The position numbers and the translations under genes are program-made. Below, piece by piece: positions 1-9,195 of a stretch of 32,000 nucleotides of DNA; position 1 is the first letter of the stretch, and each line of letters begins with the position of its first letter. The stretch spans positions 10,354 through 42,353 of the forward strand of contig JAVSMW010000015.1 of NCBI GenBank assembly GCA_032027005.1, read 5' to 3'. Source of the DNA: Thermincola sp. (GTDB taxonomy: Bacteria > Bacillota > Thermincolia > Thermincolales > UBA2595). Under the pieces are notes generated by a model. The model worked only from the letters and a program-made list of their open reading frames with translations. It was not told the DNA's origin and ran no database searches.

Positions 1-1
1 C

Positions 2-637
2 GAATTGGCTGATAAGTGGCTTGCAATAGCTGCCAGGCTCAATGAGAAAATAAAAGAGTATTTCTGGGATGCGGATGTGGCAAGATATCTGCGCACCGGA
101 TGGTTGAGTGTCCATTATGATGAATTTGCCAGGCGGCAGAGCGGTGGGGAGAGAGTCCGGGAACTGGCAGGCCCTAAAGGTCAGATTACCCACCTGGTTT
201 TTGGTGACGACAGGGCGGATATATCCCTGCTTGGTTTGGCTGTGCCTTTTGAAGTACTTAGTCCGGCAGACGAGGGTATGCAAAAAACTTTTGAGCATCT
301 CGTGAAATGCCTGACCAACCCAGATGTTGGCGGTATTCATCGTTATGTCGGGGACAATTATATTGGTGGTAACCCCTGGGTTTTAACTACACTCTGGCTG
401 GGCCTTTTTGAAGCTATCCTGGGTAAATGGGATGCTGCTGCAGGGCGCCTGGACTGGGCCGTTCTGCACAGGACTGCCCTTGGATTTCTGCCCGAACAGG
501 TTGACCGGCATCATGGGCATGCTGCCTGGGTAGTTCCTTTGGCTTGGTCTCACGCGATGTATATTTTATTAGTCAATTTTTTATCACAGGCGAATAAAGT
601 GAAACTTACTTCAGATGGAGCTTTTTTCTCCATCTGA
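2..637 (+). CDS. Glycoside hydrolase family 15 / glucoamylase-like protein, 3' part (5' end outside window)
   Basis: Open frame reaches the window edge. GH15-like C-terminal segments GGIHRYVGDNYIGGNPWVLTTLWLG and LPEQVDRHHGHAAWVVPLAWSHA. Stop at 635-637. Confidence 0.85.
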   Translation, partial: ELADKWLAIAARLNEKIKEYFWDADVARYLRTGWLSVHYDEFARRQSGGERVRELAGPKGQITHLVFGDDRADISLLGLAVPFEVLSPADEGMQKTFEHLVKCLTNPDVGGIHRYVGDNYIGGNPWVLTTLWLGLFEAILGKWDAAAGRLDWAVLHRTALGFLPEQVDRHHGHAAWVVPLAWSHAMYILLVNFLSQANKVKLTSDGAFFSI

Positions 638-640
638 AGT
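608..640. terminator. Perfect 13-bp inverted repeat with T-rich loop overlapping the GH15 stop codon; possible terminator/mRNA 3' structure
   Basis: ACTTCAGATGGAG (608-620) / CTCCATCTGAAGT (628-640), loop CTTTTTT. There is no T-tract after the stem, so the terminator role is uncertain. Confidence 0.4.
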
Positions 641-768
641 TTAGTTGAACTTATCCAGGGGCTTAGCGCCACTTATCCCCCGCTCACAGAAGCGGGAGTT
701 TAATGGCGGTTAGCCATCGGGCAAACTTTAGGCCGTCCTGGTTTGACTGCCGGATAGGAGGGGAAACA

Positions 769-2748
769 ATGATTTTCAGTCGCGAGGAACTGGGTAATTT
801 TGAAAGCAGCATCGATAAGCAGTGGGTTGTCTCCAACGGTTTAGGTGGTTATGCCTCATCTACCATCACAGGCACCAATACCAGTAAATATCACGGCTTG
901 TTGTTTGCCGCCCTTAGGCCGCCAGGTGAAAGAACTTTATTACTGGCCAAACTTGATGACGAGATTGAGATTAACGGATCTGCCTATGCTTTGGGCAGCA
1001 ATCATACCGGCACAGGGGTATTCCCGTCCGGTTATCTGCACCTGCAGAGTTTTGAACTGCGGCCTTATCCGACCTACACCTATGCTATTATGGATACATT
1101 AGTGGAAAAGGTTATCTTTATGATCAGGGAAACCAATACTACTGTTGTTCGTTACACGATTTACGCCGGCAGGGGGACTTCTGTGAAATTAAAAGTTACC
1201 CCCTTTGTGAACTGCCGGCATTACCACCATACCACCAGGAAAAATGACTGGCCCTTTAACTCAACGGCGGGGGAAAAAGATGTTCTGATTGAAGCCTACC
1301 CTGGGGCACCTAAACTCAACCTGTATTCTGATAAAGCCCTTTATGTACCCGGCCGGGGCTACTGGTTTGAAGGCCTTTTTTACAGCCAGGAGGACCGCCG
1401 GGGACTCGATCCCTGGGAAGATCACTTTATGCCCGGTCATTTTGAAATTGAGCTGGTTAATGGTGAAACCTTTGCCATCACCGCCTCTACCGATGGAGAA
1501 AAACCCGTCAGCAACCCCTTGCTGGAACAGGTTGGTGCTGAACGGAGACTGGTTACACTGGTTGAGCAGGCCGGTTTTCAAGAGGAATTTACCAACAGGC
1601 TCATCTTGGCGGCAGATTCCTTTATTGTGAACCGGGAGTCGACGGGAGCCAAAACGATTATCGCCGGTTATCCATGGTTTACCGATTGGGGCCGGGACAC
1701 TATGATTGCCCTGCCCGGGCTCACCCTGGTAACCAGGAGATTTGCTGAAGCCAGGGAAATTTTGCTTACTTTTGCCAAGTATTGTGATCACGGCCTCATC
1801 CCCAATATGTTTCCCGATCAGGGGGAAAAGCCGTTGTATAACACTGTAGATGCTTCTCTTTGGTTTTTTCACGCGGTTTCCAGGTATATAGCCTACACGG
1901 GGGATAATGCCTTCATCAAAGAATCAATTTACCCTGTGCTGAAAGAAATTGTTAACAGCTACCGCCTGGGGACTCTTTTTAATATTAAAATGGATAAAGA
2001 CGGGCTGATTTCAGCCGGAGAACATGGTCAACAGCTGACCTGGATGGATGCCAAGGTTAACGATTGGGTAGTTACACCAAGGCATGGCAAGCCTGTGGAG
2101 ATAAATGCCCTGTGGTATAATGCCCTGCACGTGATCAGCAAGCTGGCCAAAACTTATGGAGACAAACCGGAGGACTACTTGGAACTGGCTAAAACAGTCC
2201 AGGTTAGTTTTAATCAGAAATTTTGGAACCATGAGGCAAAATGCCTCTTTGATTTGATTTCCGAAAACGGACCTGATCCGGCTGTCCGACCAAACCAAAT
2301 CCTGGCCGTGGCCTTAACATATTCACCATTGGATCACAGCAGGCAGGTCGATGTGGTGAACAAGGTTTGGCGGGACTTATATTTTTCCTATGGACTGCGC
2401 AGTTTGTCTCCATCATCACCGGAGTACCGCGGCAGATATATGGGGGGCGTAGTGCAGCGCGACGGAGCATATCACCAGGGAACAGGCTGGGCTTGGCTGA
2501 TTGGGCCATTTATAACTGCTTTCCGGCGGGTACACGGTTTTTCTGCGGAGAGCAAGACCATTGCCGAAAGATTTATCGACCCCTTAAAAGCCCATTTACG
2601 GCACCATGGGGTGGGCTCGATTTCGGAAATTTTTGACGGTGATCCGCCTCATGCCCCCAAAGGCTGCTATGCCCAGGCCTGGAGTGTGGCTGAGGTTTTA
2701 CGGACCTATGTGGAAGATATTTTGGGGATATCTCCGGAAAAAAAATAA
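769..2748 (+). CDS. Amylo-alpha-1,6-glucosidase / glycogen debranching enzyme family protein
   Basis: ORF 703-2748, with an in-frame ATG at 769 preceded by GGAGGGG. Motifs WVVSNGLGGYASSTITG, GYPWFTDWGRDTMIALPG and GPFITAFRRVHG are typical of the family. Confidence 0.9.
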   Translation: MIFSREELGNFESSIDKQWVVSNGLGGYASSTITGTNTSKYHGLLFAALRPPGERTLLLAKLDDEIEINGSAYALGSNHTGTGVFPSGYLHLQSFELRPYPTYTYAIMDTLVEKVIFMIRETNTTVVRYTIYAGRGTSVKLKVTPFVNCRHYHHTTRKNDWPFNSTAGEKDVLIEAYPGAPKLNLYSDKALYVPGRGYWFEGLFYSQEDRRGLDPWEDHFMPGHFEIELVNGETFAITASTDGEKPVSNPLLEQVGAERRLVTLVEQAGFQEEFTNRLILAADSFIVNRESTGAKTIIAGYPWFTDWGRDTMIALPGLTLVTRRFAEAREILLTFAKYCDHGLIPNMFPDQGEKPLYNTVDASLWFFHAVSRYIAYTGDNAFIKESIYPVLKEIVNSYRLGTLFNIKMDKDGLISAGEHGQQLTWMDAKVNDWVVTPRHGKPVEINALWYNALHVISKLAKTYGDKPEDYLELAKTVQVSFNQKFWNHEAKCLFDLISENGPDPAVRPNQILAVALTYSPLDHSRQVDVVNKVWRDLYFSYGLRSLSPSSPEYRGRYMGGVVQRDGAYHQGTGWAWLIGPFITAFRRVHGFSAESKTIAERFIDPLKAHLRHHGVGSISEIFDGDPPHAPKGCYAQAWSVAEVLRTYVEDILGISPEKK

Positions 2749-2772
2749 ATTATGCTGTGAGGGGGAATTTCT

Positions 2773-3846
2773 ATGAAAAATTCAGTGGATTTGAATAATC
2801 TTGATGCCATTCTGGCTAATGACCCCGGCAGGATGCTGGAAGCACTCCGGAATTTACCGGAACAATGCCAGGAAGCCCTGGAAATTGGGCGCAAAGTAAA
2901 TATACCGGCTGGTTATGCCGAAATATCAAATATTGTTGTCACCGGTTTGGGCGGTTCGGCCATCGGCGGAGATTTTCTGCGCTTATTTGTCGGTGACCGC
3001 ATAGGGGTGCCGGTGATTATTAACCGGGATTATACCCTGCCGAAATTTATTGATGCCAAAACTCTGATTTTTACAGTCAGTTACTCAGGGAATACAGAAG
3101 AAACCCTGAGTGCATATGCGGAAGCCAGAGAAAAAGGGGCCAAGATAGTAGCCTTGACAAATGGCGGACAGCTGCGGCAGTTGGCTGAAGCGGACGGGAT
3201 GCCGGTAATTGTGGTACCGGCCGGGATCTCACCCCGGGCAGCCACGGGCTACCTGCTGATCCCAACTTTGGCCGTACTTGAAAGCATAAGTTTGATTAAT
3301 GATCTGGATAATCAAATTTCGGACCTGACTACAGCTTTAAAGACACTAAGAGATAAATTGCAGCCTGAGACACCGGCTGACCGGAACCCGGCCAAGCAGT
3401 TGGCTGGAAGGTTTTACGGCAAGCTGCCTGTGATCTGGGCAGCCAGCGGCAATACTGAGGTGGTGGCTACCAGGTGGAAGGGGCAAATTAACGAAAATGC
3501 CAAAGCACCGGCCTACTGGAATATTTTCCCAGAACTTAATCATAACGAAATAGTTGGCTTTGAGGAGCCTGCAGAATTGCTCAAGAACCTGGAAATCGTA
3601 ATGCTGCGTGATCAGAATGACCACCCGCGGGTTCAGAAGCGGATGGAAGTCAGCCGCGAAATAATTCAAGATGTAGTCAGTGGGGTGACTGAAGTGTGGT
3701 CAGAGGGCGAATCCCGGTTGGCCAGGCTGTTTACCCTCACCTATATCGGAGACTTCACCAGTGTCTACCTCGCCACCTTATACGGCATCGACCCTACTCC
3801 TGTGAAGAACATAGATTTCCTGAAAAACAAACTCGCTCAAGGATAA
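2773..3846 (+). CDS. Bifunctional phosphoglucose/phosphomannose isomerase (SIS domain)
   Basis: SIS-domain pattern VVTGLGGSAIGGD...TLIFTVSYSGNTEET...NHNEIVGFE; RBS gaggggg upstream. Confidence 0.9.
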   Translation: MKNSVDLNNLDAILANDPGRMLEALRNLPEQCQEALEIGRKVNIPAGYAEISNIVVTGLGGSAIGGDFLRLFVGDRIGVPVIINRDYTLPKFIDAKTLIFTVSYSGNTEETLSAYAEAREKGAKIVALTNGGQLRQLAEADGMPVIVVPAGISPRAATGYLLIPTLAVLESISLINDLDNQISDLTTALKTLRDKLQPETPADRNPAKQLAGRFYGKLPVIWAASGNTEVVATRWKGQINENAKAPAYWNIFPELNHNEIVGFEEPAELLKNLEIVMLRDQNDHPRVQKRMEVSREIIQDVVSGVTEVWSEGESRLARLFTLTYIGDFTSVYLATLYGIDPTPVKNIDFLKNKLAQG

Positions 3847-4310
3847 TTAAAAGAAGCATAGTCGTGATATGGGGACTAAAAAGAAGACGCAGAGATTACA
3901 GAGCACACAGAGGGCGCAGAGGAAACAATATGTACATCAGCTCCGTTACTTCTTTCTGCTCCTCTGAGTCTCTTTCAAAATCCTTACCGAAACGATTTTT
4001 ATAGTTTACGAGATGCTATCATAGTAGGCCCTCGGAAATGGTTAAAGCCGGACAACAAGAAAATATACCACAGAGTGCGCAGAGACTTAGTGCTAAACCA
4101 GAAATTATTTTTTAACAACTGTGGTACAATTACTTCTTTGTAATTGCTTTTAATATCTTTCTCTGCGTCCTTTGCGACCTCCACTTCCTCCGCGTTTTCT
4201 TTTTGGACCGGATAAAGTGGAGGAAAATAGAAAAAGTCCAATGCGCCAAGCCTTGAGCATAAAGGTAACTTAACTTCCGAGAGACTTAAGTGATTTTGTA
4301 GGAGGAAAAA

Positions 4311-5048
4311 ATGATCAAGCCCGTAGCAGATTTACATATTCATACTATCAGCAGCGGCCACGCTTATAGCACGGTTGGGGAGATTTTCGATGCAGCCAGG
4401 CTTAAAGGGCTGCAGATGATTGCCATCACCGACCATGGACCGGCAATACCTGGTGGCCCGCACCTTTATCATTTTGGGAATCTGCGGGTCCTGCCCGCTG
4501 AAATAGGCGGCCTCAGGATTTTGAAAGGTGTGGAAGCCAATATCATTAATGAACAGGGAGAACTGGACATGCCGGTATCTTATCTTGAGCGGCTGGATAT
4601 TGTTCTAGCCGGATTCCACGCACCTTGTTTCCCTTCTAACGACCGCGAAATTTGTACACGGGCTATGCTGAATGCCATCAAAAACCCTTATGTAGACATC
4701 GTTGTACATCCCGGAAATCCTGAGTTTCCTGTTGATTTTGAGCAAGTTGTAAAAGCGGCCGCCGAACAGGGGGTTCCTTTGGAGCTAAATAACAGCTCAT
4801 TTTGTGGCAGCCGCCGGGGAAGTGAACATCACTGCCCTGTGGTAGCTGAGTTAATTGCCCATTACGGAGCCCTGACTGTCATTGACAGTGACGCTCATTT
4901 TGCAGGTGATGTAGGAAAATTCGACCAGGCCTTGGAAACGGTGCAAAATGCAGGTGTGCGCCCTGAGCAGGTCTTAAATACCTCGGTGGAAAAAGTTTTA
5001 AAATATTTAGCAGAAAGAAGGAATTTGCGTCAGGCAGACTTAAGATAA
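4311..5048 (+). CDS. PHP domain-containing phosphoesterase, YcdX-like
   Basis: VADLHIHTISSGHAYSTVGEI, IAITDHGPAIPGG, DIVVHPGNPEFPVD and SDAHFAGDVG metal-binding motifs; RBS aggagg. Confidence 0.88.
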   Translation: MIKPVADLHIHTISSGHAYSTVGEIFDAARLKGLQMIAITDHGPAIPGGPHLYHFGNLRVLPAEIGGLRILKGVEANIINEQGELDMPVSYLERLDIVLAGFHAPCFPSNDREICTRAMLNAIKNPYVDIVVHPGNPEFPVDFEQVVKAAAEQGVPLELNNSSFCGSRRGSEHHCPVVAELIAHYGALTVIDSDAHFAGDVGKFDQALETVQNAGVRPEQVLNTSVEKVLKYLAERRNLRQADLR

Positions 5049-5073
5049 ACATTAAGTTTAACCCGAAGCGGAG

Positions 5074-6039
5074 ATGATGAAATTGCATGAACTAATTATC
5101 GGAGTTGACCTGGGTGGGACCAATATCAAGGGAGCACTGTTAGATAAACAGGGCAGTATCATTATCAAAGACCAGAAATCCACCCAGGCTAATGCTGGGC
5201 CTGAAGCTGTAGCCAGGAGAATGTCTGAGATGATCTCTTCTCTCGAAGGGATAGCGGCCTCGAAGGGAGCCCAGGTATTGGGTATCGGCATAGGAGTGCC
5301 GGGGCAGCCTAATTCGCGCCTGGGCACAGTTGTATTTGCTCCTAACCTGCGCTGGCGGAACGTACCTCTGGTTAAATACCTGCATGGTGCGACCGGCCTG
5401 CCCATATTTCTGGAAAATGACGCTAATATGGCGGCCTTGGGAGAACAGTGGCTTGGTGCCGGCCGGGGCGCGCTGAACATGGTTATGATCACAATCGGTA
5501 CAGGCATTGGCGGGGGGCTGATTATTAATGGCCGCCTGTACAGTGGGGGCAGCGGCACAGCCGGGGAAATCGGCCATACTGTCATAGACCCCAATGGACC
5601 GTTGTGCAGTTGTGGGCGGAGGGGCTGCCTGGAAACCATGACTTCAGCCACAGCGATGATCAGAATGGCCAGAGAGGCCATAGATTCGGGTGAGGTTTCA
5701 GTGTTAAGCAAGGCGGAAAACCTGGAGGCCAGGGATATAATTAGGGCTGCCCAGGCCGGGGACAAAGTTGCGGACCGGATTATCAATAATGCCGCTTATT
5801 ACCTGGGGCTGGGGCTGGGCAATGTGATAAATCTCCTGAACCCCGATACAATTGTGGTTGGCGGGGGTGTTTCCCGGGCCGGGGAAATTCTCTTTGCTCC
5901 CTTAAGAGCAAATACCGCTCTCCATTCCCTGGAGTCAGCAGGACAGGCAGTCAAAATTGTTCCGGCAGAATTGGGCAATGATGCCGGATGTATTGGGGCG
6001 GCGGCCCTTGTCCGGCAGGAAACCTCCCTAAAAAAGTAG
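5074..6039 (+). CDS. ROK family glucokinase
   Basis: GVDLGGTNIKGALLD; ENDANMAALGEQWLGAG; TIGTGIGGGLIINGRLYSG; GEIGHTVIDPNGPLCSCGRRGCLETM (ROK signature and Zn-binding cysteines). Confidence 0.92.
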   Translation: MMKLHELIIGVDLGGTNIKGALLDKQGSIIIKDQKSTQANAGPEAVARRMSEMISSLEGIAASKGAQVLGIGIGVPGQPNSRLGTVVFAPNLRWRNVPLVKYLHGATGLPIFLENDANMAALGEQWLGAGRGALNMVMITIGTGIGGGLIINGRLYSGGSGTAGEIGHTVIDPNGPLCSCGRRGCLETMTSATAMIRMAREAIDSGEVSVLSKAENLEARDIIRAAQAGDKVADRIINNAAYYLGLGLGNVINLLNPDTIVVGGGVSRAGEILFAPLRANTALHSLESAGQAVKIVPAELGNDAGCIGAAALVRQETSLKK

Positions 6040-6115
6040 TGCCATCATTTTTAGTGAAAGTAGCAAAAGATGACAAGTCATAGATTAACTGCGGGTACAT
6101 TATATAAGAGGCGGC

Positions 6116-6157
6116 AAACCCCTATGGTCGTGGGCTTCGGCCGTTAAAGGGGTTTTT
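6116..6157 (+). terminator. Rho-independent terminator downstream of ROK kinase
   Basis: AAACCCC ... GGGGTTTTT with GGGCTTCGGCC-type apical region. Confidence 0.65.
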
Positions 6158-6263
6158 GTTACTTTTTATACATTTTTTAAAATTGAATTTACAGGAAATA
6201 GAGGAAAAGATTGAAAAATACCGAATAACGTAATTTAAAGTATTTTTTATACGAGGTGATCAA

Positions 6264-7895
6264 ATGCTGAAGGGAAAGTATCCACTTAACCTGATCGAGA
6301 GGTTAGGCCTGGAGGGACACATATTTTTGAAGTTAAGTTTTAATATCAAATATGTTTTTCCTGCGATTTATGTAAGTTTATTTTCCTTTTTAGTACCTTC
6401 CGTACTGTATCAGGGAAAATGGAACAGCATGAGTACTATAGTTCTGACTGTTTCACTCATTGGACTGATAGTTAATGTTATACTGGGCAGTAAAGTTTCA
6501 GCATTGAAAAGCTTCTCGGCAATTTTACAGCCTGTTTGGGCTTATCTGACAACGATTATTTTCGGTGTGGTTTCCGGAATCAGTGTTCGTGACTGGCTTT
6601 TGGCACTGGTTTTCGTGGTTTTCGGGGCAGTATGCTGGTGGATTATCAGTGCCGGTATGGCCAATGCCCTTCGTTCGATCCTTAATGGGATAGATTTAGC
6701 CGTGAGAGACCAGAGCCAAAGAATAAACTTAAGAATTAAGCGGAATGATGAAATTGGTATACTGGCTTCTAAGTTAAACAGGTTTTTTGATGAACGGGAG
6801 AAGTATTTATCCGTAATCTCTGAACACGCCTGGGTTTTAGACGAGACAAGCCGGGACATCAACACTAATTTCCAGGCCTCCTCACAGGCCACAGAGCAGG
6901 TTGCCAACGCTGTGGAACAGGTTACCAGAGGCTCTGTGGAACAGGCCAGGCATTTATCAGAAATAGCAGAAATTATGAAGCAGGTTAGGCAGGCGGTAGA
7001 GCAGGTTGCCACAGGTGCCGGAGACCAGGGCCGGGAAATTCAGGATATTTTAGAACTTATCAAATCGATAGCCGGCAAAATGGATGAAACTTCTCAAATT
7101 CTGGTTAAGGCTAAGGAGACTACTGTTGTTAACAATCAAAATGCTCAAAATGGTGTGGATGCTGTAAAGAGAACAGAAGAAGTCATGACCCAGATAAAAA
7201 CTTCAGTTCTGCAGACAGCAGACAAGATTCGCGGTCTTGGGGAGCAATCAGAGAAAATAGGTCAGATTATTCAGGTCATAGACGATATTGCGGAACAAAC
7301 AAACCTCCTTGCTCTAAATGCTGCTATAGAGGCTGCGCGGGCAGGAGAACATGGCAAAGGTTTTGCAGTTGTGGCAGATGAGGTGCGCAAACTCGCCGAA
7401 AGGTGCAGTAAAGCGACTAAAGAGACTGCAGATTTAATTACCAGGATTCAACATGAGACTGATATAGCTGTAAAGTCCACGCAAACTGCCTCAGAGCAGG
7501 TCAAAGTGGGTGAAGCACAGGCCCAGGAAGCCCAGCTGGCTTTAAATCAAATTGTGCAAGGTGCGCAGAATTCAAGCCGAAATGCAGGCAGGACTGCTGA
7601 AATGATAGAAGAAATGCTGCAGGACAGCAAAGAAATAGAACGGGCGGTTACGAGTGTAGCAACTGTAGCAGTGCAAAATGCGGCAGTCTCCCAACAGATG
7701 ACAGCTTCCGCTGAACAAGTTGATTCAGCTGTTGGGAATATTGCCGCCACTTCACAACAAAATGCGGCCGCTGCCCAGGAAGTGGCTGCTTCCACTGTGG
7801 AGTTAAGTAATTCTGTGCAAGAAATGGCTTCCTCAAGCGAAAAGTTATCTGGTGTGTGTCAGGAACTGCGGAACCTGGTCATTAAATATAACTAA
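6264..7895 (+). CDS. Methyl-accepting chemotaxis protein (membrane-anchored, HAMP and MA domains)
   Basis: Several hydrophobic segments at the N-terminus, then a HAMP-like [14 protein letters not shown], then signalling hairpin [51 protein letters not shown]. Confidence 0.93.
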   Translation: MLKGKYPLNLIERLGLEGHIFLKLSFNIKYVFPAIYVSLFSFLVPSVLYQGKWNSMSTIVLTVSLIGLIVNVILGSKVSALKSFSAILQPVWAYLTTIIFGVVSGISVRDWLLALVFVVFGAVCWWIISAGMANALRSILNGIDLAVRDQSQRINLRIKRNDEIGILASKLNRFFDEREKYLSVISEHAWVLDETSRDINTNFQASSQATEQVANAVEQVTRGSVEQARHLSEIAEIMKQVRQAVEQVATGAGDQGREIQDILELIKSIAGKMDETSQILVKAKETTVVNNQNAQNGVDAVKRTEEVMTQIKTSVLQTADKIRGLGEQSEKIGQIIQVIDDIAEQTNLLALNAAIEAARAGEHGKGFAVVADEVRKLAERCSKATKETADLITRIQHETDIAVKSTQTASEQVKVGEAQAQEAQLALNQIVQGAQNSSRNAGRTAEMIEEMLQDSKEIERAVTSVATVAVQNAAVSQQMTASAEQVDSAVGNIAATSQQNAAAAQEVAASTVELSNSVQEMASSSEKLSGVCQELRNLVIKYN

Positions 7896-7985
7896 GCGGG
7901 ATAGCTGGTTATAATAGGGTTTAAGAGGTCATTGTGTAGAACACTTTGCCTCTTTTTTATTTCAAATCATGAAATGGAAGGGGGA

Positions 7986-8282
7986 ATGTTTGTGGCATAT
8001 TTGCTGTACGGGGTAGGCGGGCTTATACTGTTATATGCAATTGTCATGCCCTTGGTAATGAAGAAAAGGAATATTGAAAAAGCCGAAATAGCCGTGGTCA
8101 GACGGTATTATTATTCGATATGGATACTGGGGATGGCCTTTGTTGCGGACTTCATGGACAAGACTATACTCAAGCAGCTTGGAGCAAATAAATTAGGCTT
8201 TAACGAGACAGTATGGTTTATTATTATAATGTTCCAAAAGACATTAACTATCTTATCGTCCCATATAACAGCTCCCTCGTAG
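7986..8282 (+). CDS. Small integral membrane protein of unknown function
   Basis: ORF 7932-8282. Internal ATG at 7986 preceded by GGAAGGGGG. Multiple hydrophobic segments; ends in SSHITAPS. Confidence 0.6.
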   Translation: MFVAYLLYGVGGLILLYAIVMPLVMKKRNIEKAEIAVVRRYYYSIWILGMAFVADFMDKTILKQLGANKLGFNETVWFIIIMFQKTLTILSSHITAPS

Positions 8283-8447
8283 AGGACCAATTCTATGTAA
8301 TAATGTCCACCAAAAACGACCTTTACAACGTAGAACACGTTATGGTGCTTATGCTGCTACAGGCGTTTGAAGTCCAGATTTTATGAGATTAGGCATTGTC
8401 AAAATGGGACAGGCAGTATTATAATAAAAGCAGGAGGAGGTGTTAGT

Positions 8448-8618
8448 TTGGCTACTCGATTTACTAAAGAGGATTTGGAAAAAGCAAAAGAAAGAATCGC
8501 AAAAGAAGGTCTACGTTCGATTTACGTCAAGTGGCCTTCTAATTACCCGGATCGTATTTCAATTGTAACGGAAAAAACCGAGAAAATGTTGCAAGAATTA
8601 GAACTTAAACGGGCGTAA
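8448..8618 (+). CDS. Small conserved-looking hypothetical protein (about 56 aa)
   Basis: TTG start at 8448 preceded by AGGAGGAGG; product LATRFTKEDLEKAKERIAKEGLRSIYVKWPSNYPD...; followed directly by a terminator. Confidence 0.6.
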   Translation: MATRFTKEDLEKAKERIAKEGLRSIYVKWPSNYPDRISIVTEKTEKMLQELELKRA

Positions 8619-8625
8619 AAGAGCG

Positions 8626-8654
8626 AGGGGGCATGTAAAAATGCTCCCTTTTTA
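8626..8654 (+). terminator. Rho-independent terminator
   Basis: AGGGGGCAT gtaaaa ATGCTCCCT + TTTTT, with one G-T mismatch/wobble. Confidence 0.75.
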
Positions 8655-8726
8655 TTGTTTAAGCAACCCAGAAACCGGCAATACTCTAGCTAATATTTAA
8701 TATGTTTAAGTTGAGGGGTTGAGATT

Positions 8727-8909
8727 GTGGCTGGGACAAAGTTTTATAAGTCAGACCTTGAAAAGGCTAGAGAGAGATACAAAAAAAGGGGGCCTGTTAA
8801 GCCAGGTGAGCTGACCAGGCATTCCCCGAACGACAAGTTTGAAAAGGTAATAAACAAAAGCCGGGAAATGTCCGTCATACTAAAATTTTTAAACTCAATG
8901 TACAAATAG
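8727..8909 (+). CDS. Small hypothetical protein (60 aa) related at its N-terminus to the 8448-8618 product
   Basis: MAGTKFYKSDLEKARERYKKRGPVKPGELT...; near-RBS ggggttgag; terminator downstream. Confidence 0.5.
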   Translation: MAGTKFYKSDLEKARERYKKRGPVKPGELTRHSPNDKFEKVINKSREMSVILKFLNSMYK

Positions 8910-8938
8910 GATTGCTTTTACGTTCAAAGAATGAGTTC

Positions 8939-8981
8939 AAGAGGCTGATTTGTGTTCAATAACACAAATTGTCTCTTTTTT
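8939..8981 (+). terminator. Rho-independent terminator
   Basis: Stem around GATTTGTGTT caat AACACAAATT, flanked by GAG/CTC and followed by TTTTTT. Confidence 0.7.
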
Positions 8982-9195
8982 GCTTTCAGGGAATAAGATG
9001 CTGTAGTAGCATTAAATATAAAAAAATAAGAGACCAGAACTAACATTTCTGTTCATCCAGAAGTGTTTTTTGCGCTTCCGCCCCCATGGTATAATTTGTA
9101 ACGGCTGCACACAATCTATATTAATACGGACTTTCATGTTGAAATTGTACAGTTACAAAAAAATAGCCTTTAATAATAAAGTGAGGTGTTTTTTT

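Noticed and set aside
1261-1872. 203-aa minus-strand ORF inside the debranching enzyme
   Set aside because: Composition and position are typical of a shadow ORF; the + strand carries clear family motifs throughout.
5058-5786. 242-aa minus-strand ORF opposite the ROK glucokinase
   Set aside because: Complete overlap with a confidently identified gene; proline/serine-rich shadow translation.
6061-6263. c-di-GMP (GEMM) riboswitch upstream of the chemotaxis receptor
   Set aside because: Some helical potential with a GGCTTCGGCC-like loop, but the conserved GEMM core is absent; the sequence is better explained as the terminator of the ROK gene.
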